DNA of 64,000 nt from Bacteroidales bacterium (GTDB taxonomy: Bacteria > Bacteroidota > Bacteroidia > Bacteroidales > Tenuifilaceae): positions 281,229 to 345,228 of the forward strand of contig JACJXC010000007.1 of assembly GCA_020636835.1 (NCBI GenBank), given 5' to 3'. A program made the position numbers and the translations under genes. The notes under the pieces were generated by a model. The model saw nothing but the letters and a program-made list of their open reading frames with translations. It made no database searches and was not told the DNA's origin. This document shows positions 19,017-30,184 of this stretch, in pieces. Numbering within the stretch: position 1 is the first letter of the stretch; each line of letters begins with the position of its first letter.

Positions 19017-20540
19017 TTAATGGCACAGGGGTTTCCCTGTCATCTCGGCGGGAATCGATAAGCCCATTACCGAAAGGATCGTTGGCGCAACATCGGCCAG
19101 GATGCCCTTTTCGACAGATTTGTAAACATCGGACACCACAATTATTGGAACTGGGTTAAGGGAGTGAGCTGTATTGGGCGACCCATCGGGATTAAGGGCA
19201 TAATCGGCATTACCATGATCGGCAATGATAACAACGGTGTACCCGTTAGCCTTTGCAGCCTCAACCACCTCGCTAACACACTGATCGACTGTTTGCACCG
19301 CCTTTTGTATGGCACCATACACCCCAGTATGGCCAACCATATCGCCGTTGGCAAAGTTGAGGCAGATAAAGTCATGTGCCTTCTTATTGAGTTCACCCAC
19401 AATGGCATCCTTTACAAGGGGTGCGCTCATTTCGGGTTGTAGATCGTAGGTAGCCACCTTGGGCGAGGGTATAAGAATCCGGCTCTCGCCAGGGAACTCC
19501 TGCTCGCGTCCACCCGAGAAAAAGAATGTAACATGCGCATACTTCTCGGTTTCGGCAATGCGGAGTTGCTTTAGCCCGCTGCTAGCAACAACCTCGCCGA
19601 TCGTATTAATAAGGTTATCCTTCTCGTAAATCACATTAACATTGCGGAAAGAATCGTCGTAACGGGTCATGGTTACATAATGCAATGGCAAGGTTTTCAT
19701 CCCAAACTCGGGCATATCCTTCTGGGTAAGGGCAATACTAATTTCGCGCAACCGATCGGTACGGAAGTTAAAGCAGATCACCACGTCTCCCTCCTTAATA
19801 GAACCAACGGGATTTCCATTGGCATCAACCCGAACTACGGGCTTGATAAACTCGTCGGTAACGCCTTCGCGGTACGACTCCTCGATGGATTGCACAATAT
19901 TGGTAGATGGTATCCCTTTGCCGTGTACCAGCAAATCGTACCCCTCCCTAACGCGCTCCCAACGCTTATCGCGATCCATGGTGTAGTAGCGGCCAATCAA
20001 CGAGGCAATAATCCCATTACTATGCTTCAGGTGATCCTCCAGGTTACGGACAAAACCCAAACCGCTCTGTGGGTCGGTATCGCGCCCATCGGTAAGGGCA
20101 TGAATGTAAACCTTCGACAATCCGTAGTCCTTGGTAATATCGCAAAGGCTATAAAGATGCTTATCGAGCGAGTGAACTCCGCCATCGGAGATTAGCCCCA
20201 GAAAGTGAACAGCCACATTTTTTTCCTTGGCATAATTAAGGGCTTGAACCAAAACGGGCATTTTAGCCAGCTGATTCTCCTTTATATCCTTATTGATGCG
20301 GACTAAATCCTGATACACAACACGCCCAGCCCCAATATTAAGATGCCCCACCTCGGAATTCCCCATCTGCCCATCGGGCAAACCAACACTCTCGCCACAG
20401 GCAATCAGCTGCGAGTTTGGGTATCTCTGCATTAATCCATCGATATATGGTGTGGCAGTGCTATAAATAACGTCGGATTTATCGTGGCTTCCAATTCCCC
20501 AACCATCTAAAATCATCAAAAGTGCTTTACTCTTTGTCAT
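19017..20540 (-). CDS. gpmI: 2,3-bisphosphoglycerate-independent phosphoglycerate mutase
   Basis: N-terminus LMILDGWG, and about 507 aa of iPGM-specific sequence throughout. Confidence 0.95.
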   Translation of the reverse strand: MTKSKALLMILDGWGIGSHDKSDVIYSTATPYIDGLMQRYPNSQLIACGESVGLPDGQMGNSEVGHLNIGAGRVVYQDLVRINKDIKENQLAKMPVLVQALNYAKEKNVAVHFLGLISDGGVHSLDKHLYSLCDITKDYGLSKVYIHALTDGRDTDPQSGLGFVRNLEDHLKHSNGIIASLIGRYYTMDRDKRWERVREGYDLLVHGKGIPSTNIVQSIEESYREGVTDEFIKPVVRVDANGNPVGSIKEGDVVICFNFRTDRLREISIALTQKDMPEFGMKTLPLHYVTMTRYDDSFRNVNVIYEKDNLINTIGEVVASSGLKQLRIAETEKYAHVTFFFSGGREQEFPGESRILIPSPKVATYDLQPEMSAPLVKDAIVGELNKKAHDFICLNFANGDMVGHTGVYGAIQKAVQTVDQCVSEVVEAAKANGYTVVIIADHGNADYALNPDGSPNTAHSLNPVPIIVVSDVYKSVEKGILADVAPTILSVMGLSIPAEMTGKPLCH

Positions 20541-20813
20541 ACAAAAATGGTATTAGTTCCTCATTCTACGCTTACCAAACACCCGCGAGGAGGTATGGTT
20601 CGCTTCGTACCTGACAAAGTTACTCAATTTTTCAGGAAAAATGAGCAACAAGCTGGGCAAACAATCAATTGATATTAAGCAATCATTACTAATAATAACT
20701 TTACTTTGGCGTACATTTTGATTAAACATTTATGGTATTTTTGCGTAATAATTAGTGTCGATAACGGATTTACGCCATTTAACAATACGGGATTATCCCT
20801 TGCAGTAATATAG

Positions 20814-21407
20814 ATGAAACGACTTATTATAATACTAATGGCGGTGTTTATAGCGACAAGCATTGACGCCCAAGACCTTAGCAAAGCGACCTCCACCCTG
20901 CTATACCCCACCATCATTGTTGATGGCGATACCATACCCTATATTCGTATAAAAGAAGTGGTTAAACGCGGCCGACGCCGATTCCGCAGTAAACGGGAGA
21001 TGCAACAGTACTACAAGATGATCCGCAACCTAAAAAAAACGTACCCTTACGCCCAGGTAGCCAAGACCAGGCTTTTTGAGATGAACGAACATATTAAAAC
21101 GCTGCACACTAAACGCGAAGTGGACGCATACATCAAACAATCGGAAAAAGCCATGCGAGCCGAGTTTGAGAAGAAACTTGTTAAGCTAACCATATCGCAA
21201 GGGCGGATGCTGATTAAACTTATCGACAGGGAAACGGGGCAAACCTCGTACCAACTGGTAAGGGAACTTAAAGGTGGATTCTCAGCCGGATTCTGGCAGG
21301 GTGTTGCCCGGCTATTTGGATCGAATCTTAAAACAAAATTCGATCCCCAAGGCGAGGATAAGGTGCTAAACGAGCTGATAATTCTTTACGAACAGGGCTT
21401 ACTATAG
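20814..21407 (+). CDS. Secreted hypothetical protein (DUF4294-like)
   Basis: Signal peptide MKRLIIILMAVFIATSIDA. Conserved Bacteroidetes family of unknown function. Confidence 0.6.
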   Translation: MKRLIIILMAVFIATSIDAQDLSKATSTLLYPTIIVDGDTIPYIRIKEVVKRGRRRFRSKREMQQYYKMIRNLKKTYPYAQVAKTRLFEMNEHIKTLHTKREVDAYIKQSEKAMRAEFEKKLVKLTISQGRMLIKLIDRETGQTSYQLVRELKGGFSAGFWQGVARLFGSNLKTKFDPQGEDKVLNELIILYEQGLL

Positions 21408-21423
21408 CTATACTGCAATTGGT

Positions 21424-22083
21424 TTACCGAATCCACTTCAACATCTCAGAGATAATTGCTTTTGCTCCATCGGCAATGTCAACAATGGAAGCATCAAGCA
21501 TGTAGCATGGCGTGGAGAAAACCATGTTGCGCTCATCCACCACCACCTGACCACTCCCAGTAAGTTGGTGCTTAGCCCCAAGAGTTTCGGTAGCCTTGGC
21601 TGTAGCGGCATCCTTTCCAAAGGTAATAGTTACATTGCCAAGCACTTTAGCCATCAGCACAGGCGATATACAAAGCGCGCCAATAGGTTTGTGCATGCCG
21701 TGCATGTCCTTGATTGCCTTAGCCACCTCGGTATTTACAGTGCAATTCGCATTCTGAAGAGCCCAGCTGGATAAGTTTTTTGCCACCCCAAACCCTCCGG
21801 GAAACACCAATGCATCGAACAACTCGGCGTTAAATTCCGACAGCGGTTTTATATGGCCACGCGAAATGCGAGCCGACTCCACCAGCACATTGCGCGATTG
21901 CGCGATAGGCTTCCCCGTGGTATGATCAATAACATCGTGCTGTTCAATATTTGGCGCAAAGGTTTGATAAGAGCAACCGTTCAGCGCAATGGCGTAAAGG
22001 GTCATCACAGCCTCGTGAATCTCGGAACCATCGTAAACTCCGCATCCCGAAAGGACTACGGCAAATTTCTTTTGATTGTTCAT
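21424..22083 (-). CDS. elbB: Isoprenoid biosynthesis glyoxalase ElbB (DJ-1/PfpI superfamily)
   Basis: N-terminus FAVVLSGCGVYDGSEIHEAV is near-identical in pattern to E. coli ElbB. Confidence 0.85.
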   Translation of the reverse strand: MNNQKKFAVVLSGCGVYDGSEIHEAVMTLYAIALNGCSYQTFAPNIEQHDVIDHTTGKPIAQSRNVLVESARISRGHIKPLSEFNAELFDALVFPGGFGVAKNLSSWALQNANCTVNTEVAKAIKDMHGMHKPIGALCISPVLMAKVLGNVTITFGKDAATAKATETLGAKHQLTGSGQVVVDERNMVFSTPCYMLDASIVDIADGAKAIISEMLKWIR

Positions 22084-22143
22084 GATTTATGCATAAATTC
22101 GACACTAATATACAAAATTCAACCAACAATCCAATAAAACTAG

Positions 22144-22728
22144 ATGAATTCCATCAGAACCTTCGCCGCAATAGAGGTAAAACCCGAAAAACAAATGGTA
22201 CTGCTATGGGATAGGCTCAAGGCAATACTCCCAAGGGAAAGCGCAACATGGGTAAACCCGGGCACAACCCATATAACCTTACTATTCCTAGGCGAAACAC
22301 CTATCAACCAAATAGGTCGCATAGGCAACATTTTGAGGGAGATGCTAACCAGCTTTCCTGCATTTAACCTAACCATAAAAGGGATCGGCACCTTTGGCAC
22401 CCCTAATCCCAAAGTTATATGGCTGGGAGCCGATTACAGCAAGGAGTTGATGGAGCTAAAGCGGTTAGTGGATGAAGCACTAAACCCCATGGGCTACAGC
22501 GATAGGGATAAACCCTACACCCCACACCTCACCCTTGGGCGTATAAAACGACTGAACAATCCTAATTTACTGATAAATGAGCTGGAGGCAAACCGCAATA
22601 CAATAGTACAAACGGCTGCCATTGGCAAATTAACCCTCTACGAAAGCACACTAACCCCCCGAGGGGCAATTTATACGCCAATAGAGATAGTAACCCTACA
22701 CCCCACGCCCCCGCACCACGGTTATTAA
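22144..22728 (+). CDS. thpR: RNA 2',3'-cyclic phosphodiesterase (2H/LigT family)
   Basis: Two H-x-T-x motifs (THITLLF and PHLTLGR). Confidence 0.8.
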   Translation: MNSIRTFAAIEVKPEKQMVLLWDRLKAILPRESATWVNPGTTHITLLFLGETPINQIGRIGNILREMLTSFPAFNLTIKGIGTFGTPNPKVIWLGADYSKELMELKRLVDEALNPMGYSDRDKPYTPHLTLGRIKRLNNPNLLINELEANRNTIVQTAAIGKLTLYESTLTPRGAIYTPIEIVTLHPTPPHHGY

Positions 22729-24111
22729 CGTATAGATTATAATCTTAAAATCGACAAACAACGACATATTCTCGATATAGAGTAGGTCGTACTTGAGGCG
22801 TACCACCATTTGGGTAACGTTCTCGGCGTAACCGTACTTAACCTGTCCCCACGATGTTATGCCGGGTTTCACCTTCTGTAGATGCACGTAATGGGGTGCA
22901 ATCTTAATAATCTGGTCGATAAAGAACTGCCGCTCGGGGCGCGGGCCAACCAGCGACATCTCGCCCTTGATAACATTGATAAAATTGGGTAACTCATCGA
23001 GACGGGTTTTACGCATAAACCGTCCCACCGGGGTAACGCGCGCATCGGTTTTGCTCGATAGAGCTGGGCCATTCGCCTCGGCATCGGTGTACATGCTACG
23101 AAACTTGAGCAGCGTAAACGGCTTCCCGAACTGCCCCACACGCTCTTGCCTATAAAATACTGATCCCCGGGATGTTATTTTAATCACTATGGCCAACACA
23201 ACCATCAAAGGTAGCAACAGGCACATGGCCAGCACTCCAACGGAGTAGTCCATTGTGCGTTTAAGGTTCAGTTGCCATGGGGGCATCAGTTCAAAGGAGA
23301 TATTGAGCAATGGGGCGTTAAAAATGCCAGTCATCTTAACCCGACCCGCAAGATAATCGTACATACTGGGTATTGCCTTAATCAACACATTTAGGGAAAG
23401 CAGCTCGTTTATAATCTGGGTAAGCATTTCGGAGCTCTCCCCGTCAATTGCGAGTAGCACCTCCTCTACCCGCTGCTGCCTTACAACACTGGCAATTCCC
23501 TCCAACTTGCCCAGGCATGGCAGTTTACCGCTCATCAAATCCCGATTATCGGCACCGGCAATAATATACCCTACCAACAAATACCCCTGTGATTTTGGCT
23601 CGGATTTCAACTCACTATAAAGGTTGAGTGCCATTTCGCCGTTGCCCACTATAATAGAGGGGAACCCAATTTTACGCGAATGGATCCGATGGATTGTTCG
23701 CATGGTAAGCAGCAACCGGGGGATATAGGTTAACGCAAAAACTAATACGTAAAGGCTCAGGAGAATCCTGTAGTAACTACGGTACGACACGATATAATCG
23801 TCCAACAACATGGCAAAAAAGATGAGCAGGCTACCCAGCAATGTATAGCCAATGGAAGCGCTCAACTCCTTAAGCCTCGACTTACGGTAAACATTATGGT
23901 AAAACCCGGCCAATCCGAATAGCGCAACCCAGAATACCGGGAATATTATAATTCCCAGCAAGAATTTAGTATCGAGACTAAAAGGAATATCGCCCCCGAA
24001 TAGCTGCGACTCAATAAACTTTTTTCTGTATAGGTTAAATACTACCCACGCCGCAGCACTTCCCAAAAAATCAAAAAGGATATACCTAAAAACCTGTATT
24101 TGCTTACTCAC
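22696..24111 (-). CDS. Polyprenyl-phosphate sugar-1-phosphate transferase (WbaP-type initiating exopolysaccharide/CPS transferase)
   Basis: Multi-TM N-terminus, and a bacterial sugar transferase C-terminus with SLVGPRPE. Confidence 0.85.
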   Translation of the reverse strand: MSKQIQVFRYILFDFLGSAAAWVVFNLYRKKFIESQLFGGDIPFSLDTKFLLGIIIFPVFWVALFGLAGFYHNVYRKSRLKELSASIGYTLLGSLLIFFAMLLDDYIVSYRSYYRILLSLYVLVFALTYIPRLLLTMRTIHRIHSRKIGFPSIIVGNGEMALNLYSELKSEPKSQGYLLVGYIIAGADNRDLMSGKLPCLGKLEGIASVVRQQRVEEVLLAIDGESSEMLTQIINELLSLNVLIKAIPSMYDYLAGRVKMTGIFNAPLLNISFELMPPWQLNLKRTMDYSVGVLAMCLLLPLMVVLAIVIKITSRGSVFYRQERVGQFGKPFTLLKFRSMYTDAEANGPALSSKTDARVTPVGRFMRKTRLDELPNFINVIKGEMSLVGPRPERQFFIDQIIKIAPHYVHLQKVKPGITSWGQVKYGYAENVTQMVVRLKYDLLYIENMSLFVDFKIIIYTLITVVRGRGV

Positions 24112-24177
24112 AACCCCTAAATTTTAAACTTGGCAATTTAGCCATTTTTAGGGATATTTAAGCTTACTAATACGTTT

Positions 24178-24987
24178 TTAGTGCTTAATTTTCGACAATA
24201 CCGCGTCGATAACATTCGAAACGCGCACAGCTAATTCAATATTTTCGGGAACAATGCCCCTGGATGGAATTTTTTTTAGGAACAATTCAATAGGGAACCC
24301 TTCACGCAACGCTCCACCCCCTTCGGTACTGGGAATCAGGAACGACTGGTTACCCTCACCCTCAGTAATGCTTACCGCCAGTTGCTCCGGAGCACTCAGC
24401 GTTTGGAACGAATAGGTTGCAACTGAATTATCCGTAAAATCGATTAAAACCAACAGATTACTCGGAACCGAGACGTTTACAGGAATACTGTACGCCCTAA
24501 CTTTTCGAATATTCAACCGCGATAGTTTAAGCGCGGTAGCAATGTCGGACACAAGCAATGCCATAAAGGAATCCCAACTGCCTATTTTTTGATTCACGGT
24601 TCGCTCAATGCGCGCAATAAAAGGTGTGCTGAGTGGTAGCACCATACTCCCGAGACACGCCCCCAGCGTGTTAAAGTTAACCGCAAGCCCCATCTCCAAT
24701 GCCAATTGCTGCAGTTGGCAAAGATTGGCATGGCTTAAACCCTCGGGGCTATTCAGAATGGGCGTAACACCCCTTCGAATGGCTTTAGCCGCCACATCAA
24801 ACTTAAAATCGGGGAGCACATCAATAAACGCTATATCGGATTGAGCAATGAGCAGATCCAATGCCTGAGAATTATGGTTCAAAGATTGAACCCACTGCCC
24901 CACACAGGAACAGCCAGAACCCCCAAAAGCCTTGTTAACAACCTCATCGGGAATCGTACTATCAACAAATAAACCAACTCGCGGCAT
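24178..24987 (-). CDS. Hypothetical protein
   Basis: Intact 269-aa ORF upstream of the sugar transferase. No family recognised. Confidence 0.5.
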   Translation of the reverse strand: MPRVGLFVDSTIPDEVVNKAFGGSGCSCVGQWVQSLNHNSQALDLLIAQSDIAFIDVLPDFKFDVAAKAIRRGVTPILNSPEGLSHANLCQLQQLALEMGLAVNFNTLGACLGSMVLPLSTPFIARIERTVNQKIGSWDSFMALLVSDIATALKLSRLNIRKVRAYSIPVNVSVPSNLLVLIDFTDNSVATYSFQTLSAPEQLAVSITEGEGNQSFLIPSTEGGGALREGFPIELFLKKIPSRGIVPENIELAVRVSNVIDAVLSKIKH

Positions 24988-25137
24988 AATACATTATTTT
25001 GCTTGGCAACAAACATACTCTATTTTCGAGTTACAGCACTGGTAGCGCTTCGGGTTTTTATCAACCTTTTAATAACACCCGCCGGGCACTTACTTCAAAA
25101 AATGGTTCTATCTTTGTGAGCATATCGAACAAAACAA

Positions 25138-25787
25138 TGCTGCAACAGGATACATTTCAACACAAAGGACTTAGAAAAAGACTGGTTGACGAAATTCGGG
25201 ATAAAGGGATTACGAATACGGATGTGCTCAACGCAATCCTCAAAATACCCCGGCACTACTTCATGGAAAGCGGGTTTCTGAAATTCGCCTATAGCGATCA
25301 GGCATTTCCCATTGGCGCAGGGCAAACCATCTCGCAACCCTATACCGTAGCGTTTCAAACCCAACTCCTGGACATAAAGCACATGGACAAAGTTCTGGAA
25401 GTGGGCACAGGATCGGGATACCAAACGGCAATTCTACTCGAGATGAAGGCCAGGGTTTACACCATCGAGCGCCAACGCGAGCTATACCTCAACGCCAAAG
25501 CGCTGCTCGAGGAAATGGGCTATCATCCCCATTTTTTTTATGGCGATGGCTACAAGGGTGTCCCCGGATACTCCCCTTACAACAAAATTCTTGTAACTGC
25601 AGGCGCAACAGAAATTCCCGAGGCGCTGGTAGAGCAATTGGCCGTTGGCGGCCGAATGGTAATTCCGGTTGGCGACGAAGGGGTTCAGGCCATGACCCTA
25701 ATTGAGAAAATTAGCGCTACCGAGATTAAAACATCAACACACGGCAACTTTATGTTTGTTCCGCTGCTGAAAGGAACAAGTAAGTAA
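25138..25787 (+). CDS. pcm: Protein-L-isoaspartate O-methyltransferase
   Basis: SAM motif VLEVGTGSGYQTA plus other PCMT motifs. The ORF extends upstream to 24999, but MLQQDTF at 25138 is the likely start. Confidence 0.85.
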
Positions 25788-26069
25788 TTTGGGGGGTGGG
25801 TAATTAAGTAGAATTTAGTAGGATGAGCTTGTTTCCTAGCAAACAAGCCACACATCTAACTTAGCGGAATTTATGAAATACCCGTGTAAGTGTGTTTACA
25901 TAACCGAGTGTTTTATGCGAGCTCACCGAAGGTAAATACTGAAGAACAACCGAATGCTTCTTACGAACTCGGCAGAGCCAAGATATGGGCGTTCCATCCG
26001 CTCAATAACGACTGTTAAAATCAAAAAATGTAAAGCATTAATAATTAGTTAACTAAATATTTTATACGG

Positions 26070-26708
26070 ATGAAAATTAAACAGTTTGTTTTTAATCCAT
26101 TTCAGGAGAATACATATTTGCTTTACGACGAAACCGGCGAGGCCATCATTGTTGATGCGGGTTGTCATACGTCATCGGAGACTGCCGAGGTGAAACAATT
26201 CGCCGAGGAGAACAACCTCACCGTGAAGTTTCTGGTGAACACGCATTGCCATATCGACCATGTGCTGGGAGTTAATGCCCTGCGCAGCGCATTCGGAGTT
26301 GAAAGCTATGCACACCGCGAGGAGCTCCCCATGCTCCAAACCGTCCCTTCGCAAGCCCAAATGTTTGGTTTCGATATTGACACTGTTCCCCAAATCGACA
26401 AAACATTGGAGGATGGCGATACCATTAAGTTTGGAAACACAACCCTACAAGTGATACACACCCCGGGGCATACTCCCGGCGGTATTTGCCTATACTCAAC
26501 AAGCAATAACATAGTATTAACGGGCGACACGCTTTTTCAGGGATCTATTGGCCGCACCGATTTGGGAGGAGGCAGCTTCGATTCCATAATCAATAGCATA
26601 ACAACCCGACTATTAACGCTACCCGACGAGGTTATTGCGCTACCCGGGCACGGCCCAGCCACAACCATCGGGAAGGAGCGGGTTTTTAACCCCTACCTAA
26701 AGGATTAA
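26070..26708 (+). CDS. MBL-fold metallo-hydrolase (glyoxalase II-like)
   Basis: HCHIDH motif and downstream His/Asp ligands. Confidence 0.85.
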   Translation: MKIKQFVFNPFQENTYLLYDETGEAIIVDAGCHTSSETAEVKQFAEENNLTVKFLVNTHCHIDHVLGVNALRSAFGVESYAHREELPMLQTVPSQAQMFGFDIDTVPQIDKTLEDGDTIKFGNTTLQVIHTPGHTPGGICLYSTSNNIVLTGDTLFQGSIGRTDLGGGSFDSIINSITTRLLTLPDEVIALPGHGPATTIGKERVFNPYLKD

Positions 26709-26821
26709 AACAGTTGCTCAAAAACATTAATAATAATTGCAATACACACTTTCATATCGAAACCAAATTGATACTTTTGTTAATATTTTTTTATTAATAA
26801 CCACAATAACATTATCATATT

Positions 26822-29692
26822 ATGATGTACACCGATAAGTTCATTGCTCGCCATAATGGTCCACGCGATCATGAAATCGAAGAAATGTTGAAGGTAGTGG
26901 GGGTTGCCTCTATCGATGAGTTGATAGACCAAACTGTACCAAAAAACATTAGGCTTAAAAAGCCACTAAACCTGCCAGCCCCACTAACCGAGTACGAGTA
27001 TCTCGCTAAAATCAAGGGATTAGCAGCAAAAAATAAACTTTTCAAAACATACATCGGCATGGGCTACTACGGAACAGTTACCCCCTCGGTAATTCTCCGT
27101 AATGTTTTTGAAAACCCAAGCTGGTACACCTCCTACACTCCATACCAGGCCGAGATTAGCCAGGGACGCTTGGAAGCATTACTAAACTTCCAAACCGCAG
27201 TGATCGACCTTACCGGAATGCAAATAGCCAACGCATCGTTACTCGACGAGGCTACCGCTGGCGCCGAGGCCATGATTATGATGTACAACCTCCGCAGCCG
27301 CGATGCGGTTAAAGCGGGTAAAAACGTACTTTTTGTTGATAAGGACATCTTCACACAAACCCTCGACGTAATCCTCACCCGCTCAACCCCTCTTGGAATT
27401 GAGGTTGTAACCGGTTGCTATAGCGATTACACCTTCACAGGCCGCGAGTTTGGTGCAATTATTCAGTACCCATCGGCAAAAGGCACCGTTCGCGATTACG
27501 CTGGATTTGTAGCAAAGTCGCACGAGGCCGGAGTACTTGTTGCAGCAGCAGCCGACATTATGAGCTTAGCCCTTTTAACACCTCCCGCCGAGTGGGGCGC
27601 CGATATTGCGTTCGGTTCAACACAGCGCTTTGGTGTTCCCATGGGTTTTGGTGGCCCACATGCTGGGTATTTCGCCTGCAAGGATGAGTACAAGCGTAGC
27701 ATGCCTGGCCGTATTATCGGGGTTTCAATAGACCGCAACGGGAACCAAGCGCTCCGCATGGCGCTTCAAACCCGCGAGCAGCACATCAAACGCGAGCGCG
27801 CAACCTCCAACATCTGCACAGCCCAAGCACTGCTTGCCACAATGGCCGGAATGTACGCCGTTTACCACGGACAGGAAGGGATCAAGCGCATCGCATCGTA
27901 CATTCACAGCTCAGCCGTTCTAGTTGCCAATGAAGTTGGAAAGTTAGGCTACACCCAGAATGTAAAATGCTATTTCGACACACTGGAGTTTTCGCTACCC
28001 GCCAATGTTAAGGTTGATGCTTTGCGTAAGCTAGCCCTGGAATCGGAAATCAACCTGAACTACAAGGATAATGGAACTATCGGTATCAGCATAGATGAAA
28101 CTACTGGCATTACCGATATCAACAAGCTAATTGCCGTATTCGCAAAGGCTGCTGGCAAAAACGCTGTGGAAATTAAATCGATTGACGAAGCCTGCATCGT
28201 TCCCGCCAATTTAAAACGTACCAGCGCATACCTAACCGAAAAGGTATTCAACAGTTTCCACTCCGAAACCGAGATGATGCGCTACATCAAGAAGCTAGAG
28301 CGCAGGGATATTGCCCTAAACCACAGCATGATTTCGTTGGGCAGCTGCACCATGAAGCTAAACCCTGCATCCACCATGCTCCCACTGAGCTGGGCAGAGC
28401 TGGGCAATGTTCACCCATTTGTTCCTGCTGAGCAAGTTCAGGGATATATGGAAATGATAAAGGAGTTGGAAGCCCAACTGGCCGAAATTACCGGATTCCA
28501 TGCAGTATCGCTACAGCCAAACTCAGGCGCAGCAGGTGAATATGCAGGCCTCATGGTAATTCGCGAATACCATATAAACCGCGGAAACACCCATCGCAAC
28601 GTGGTGCTAATCCCCGCATCGGCACACGGTACAAACCCTGCAAGTGCCGCAATGGCAGGTATGCAGGTTGTAGTAGTAGCCTGCGACGAGAAAGGGAACA
28701 TCAATGTTGACGACCTAAAAGCGAAGGCCGAGCAGTACAAGGATACCCTTTCGGCATTCATGGTTACCTACCCCTCAACCCACGGAGTATTCGAGAGCAA
28801 AATCCGCGAGATGATGGATATTATCCACAACAATGGCGGTTTGGTTTACATGGACGGAGCCAACATGAACGCCCAGGTTGGATTAACCAGCCCCGGCGAA
28901 ATTGGCGCTGATGTTTGCCACTTAAACCTACACAAAACATTCGCAATTCCTCACGGTGGTGGTGGCCCTGGTGTTGGCCCTATTGGTGTTGCTAAGCATT
29001 TAGCCCCATTCCTCCCCAGCCATCCTGTAGTAAAAACCGGCGGCGAAAAAGCCATCAAGGCAGTTGCTGCTGCACCCTGGGGCAGTATTAGCGTGGCAAC
29101 CATATCGTACGGGTATATTCTGATGCTCGGAGGCGAAGGTTTAGCCAACGTAACCAAAATGGCCATCCTGAACGCCAACTACATGGCCGCAAAAATTAAG
29201 AATCATTACAAAATCCTTTACACCGGGGAAACTGGCCGTGTAGCGCACGAGATGATTCTGGATTGCCACCACTTTAAACAAACCTACGGTGTTGACACTG
29301 GCGATGTGGCCCGCCGCTTAATGGACTACGGATTCCACGCCCCCACCGTATCGTTCCCAGTTCACGAAAGCTTAATGGTGGAACCCACCGAGAGCGAATC
29401 GATGCAAGAGCTGGATCGCTTTGTGGATGCAATGATATCGATACTTGGTGAGTTGGAAGACATTAAGGCTGGTAAGGCCGATAAAGCCGACAACGTGATA
29501 GCCAACGCCCCGCACACCGCAACCGAGGTAAGCGCCGACGAGTGGAAACACGCCTACACCCGCCAGAAAGCAGCCTACCCGCTGCCCTGGATTGCCGCCA
29601 ACAAGTTCTGGCCATACGTAACCAAGATTGACTCGGGCTACGGCGATAGGAACCTGGTTTGCACCTGCGCCCCAATTGAGGACTACGCATAG
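26822..29692 (+). CDS. gcvP: Glycine dehydrogenase (decarboxylating), single-chain P protein
   Basis: 956 aa. GcvP N- and C-domains. PLP-Lys region …HLNLHKTFAIPHGGGGPG. Confidence 0.95.
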   Translation: MMYTDKFIARHNGPRDHEIEEMLKVVGVASIDELIDQTVPKNIRLKKPLNLPAPLTEYEYLAKIKGLAAKNKLFKTYIGMGYYGTVTPSVILRNVFENPSWYTSYTPYQAEISQGRLEALLNFQTAVIDLTGMQIANASLLDEATAGAEAMIMMYNLRSRDAVKAGKNVLFVDKDIFTQTLDVILTRSTPLGIEVVTGCYSDYTFTGREFGAIIQYPSAKGTVRDYAGFVAKSHEAGVLVAAAADIMSLALLTPPAEWGADIAFGSTQRFGVPMGFGGPHAGYFACKDEYKRSMPGRIIGVSIDRNGNQALRMALQTREQHIKRERATSNICTAQALLATMAGMYAVYHGQEGIKRIASYIHSSAVLVANEVGKLGYTQNVKCYFDTLEFSLPANVKVDALRKLALESEINLNYKDNGTIGISIDETTGITDINKLIAVFAKAAGKNAVEIKSIDEACIVPANLKRTSAYLTEKVFNSFHSETEMMRYIKKLERRDIALNHSMISLGSCTMKLNPASTMLPLSWAELGNVHPFVPAEQVQGYMEMIKELEAQLAEITGFHAVSLQPNSGAAGEYAGLMVIREYHINRGNTHRNVVLIPASAHGTNPASAAMAGMQVVVVACDEKGNINVDDLKAKAEQYKDTLSAFMVTYPSTHGVFESKIREMMDIIHNNGGLVYMDGANMNAQVGLTSPGEIGADVCHLNLHKTFAIPHGGGGPGVGPIGVAKHLAPFLPSHPVVKTGGEKAIKAVAAAPWGSISVATISYGYILMLGGEGLANVTKMAILNANYMAAKIKNHYKILYTGETGRVAHEMILDCHHFKQTYGVDTGDVARRLMDYGFHAPTVSFPVHESLMVEPTESESMQELDRFVDAMISILGELEDIKAGKADKADNVIANAPHTATEVSADEWKHAYTRQKAAYPLPWIAANKFWPYVTKIDSGYGDRNLVCTCAPIEDYA

Positions 29693-29710
29693 GGTAATGC
29701 CGATATATTG

Positions 29711-29741
29711 AAAAGGGTGGAAAATTTATTCCACCCTTTTC
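29711..29741 (+). terminator. Rho-independent terminator after gcvP
   Basis: gggtggaa / ttccaccc 8-bp stem followed by TTTTCT. Confidence 0.8.
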
Positions 29742-30184
29742 TATTAACACGATAATCGAAAAAGATATTAAAATAACCTATAGGCTAAGCGAGTCTCAAA
29801 CAATTGTTTACATTAATAGAGTTTTTGATACTCGTCAGCATCCATCAAAAAATAAATAGTACCCTTGCTCGCGTACAACTCATTGTCGAGTACGCCATTA
29901 ATAAAGACAGGCTATTCGCCGCTACCGCACGAACAAACCACGGGGTACTCAGCCTAGTGAAAAGAATTAGAGATTAGAATAGCCTCACGACAGGAGTCGC
30001 GCGGCAGCGAAGGGGTTAGTACTACCAAGTTGAGCAACCGCACAACATTTTTTTTACGAACAAGGCATGCCCGATTCGCTAATCGTAAAATTACCCGTAC
30101 GCATTTTTGTGCCCTGTTATTAAACACCTAGGCATTTACAGATAGAACAGTTACCTTTGCAATTAAATATATAAAATTGTTTTT

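Noticed and set aside
26709-26821. Possible glycine riboswitch upstream of gcvP
   Set aside because: The 113-nt leader is AT-rich. It lacks the conserved GGAGAG…CACCG cores and paired aptamer structure. Only a sigma-AB-like -7 motif (TACTTTTG) is visible.
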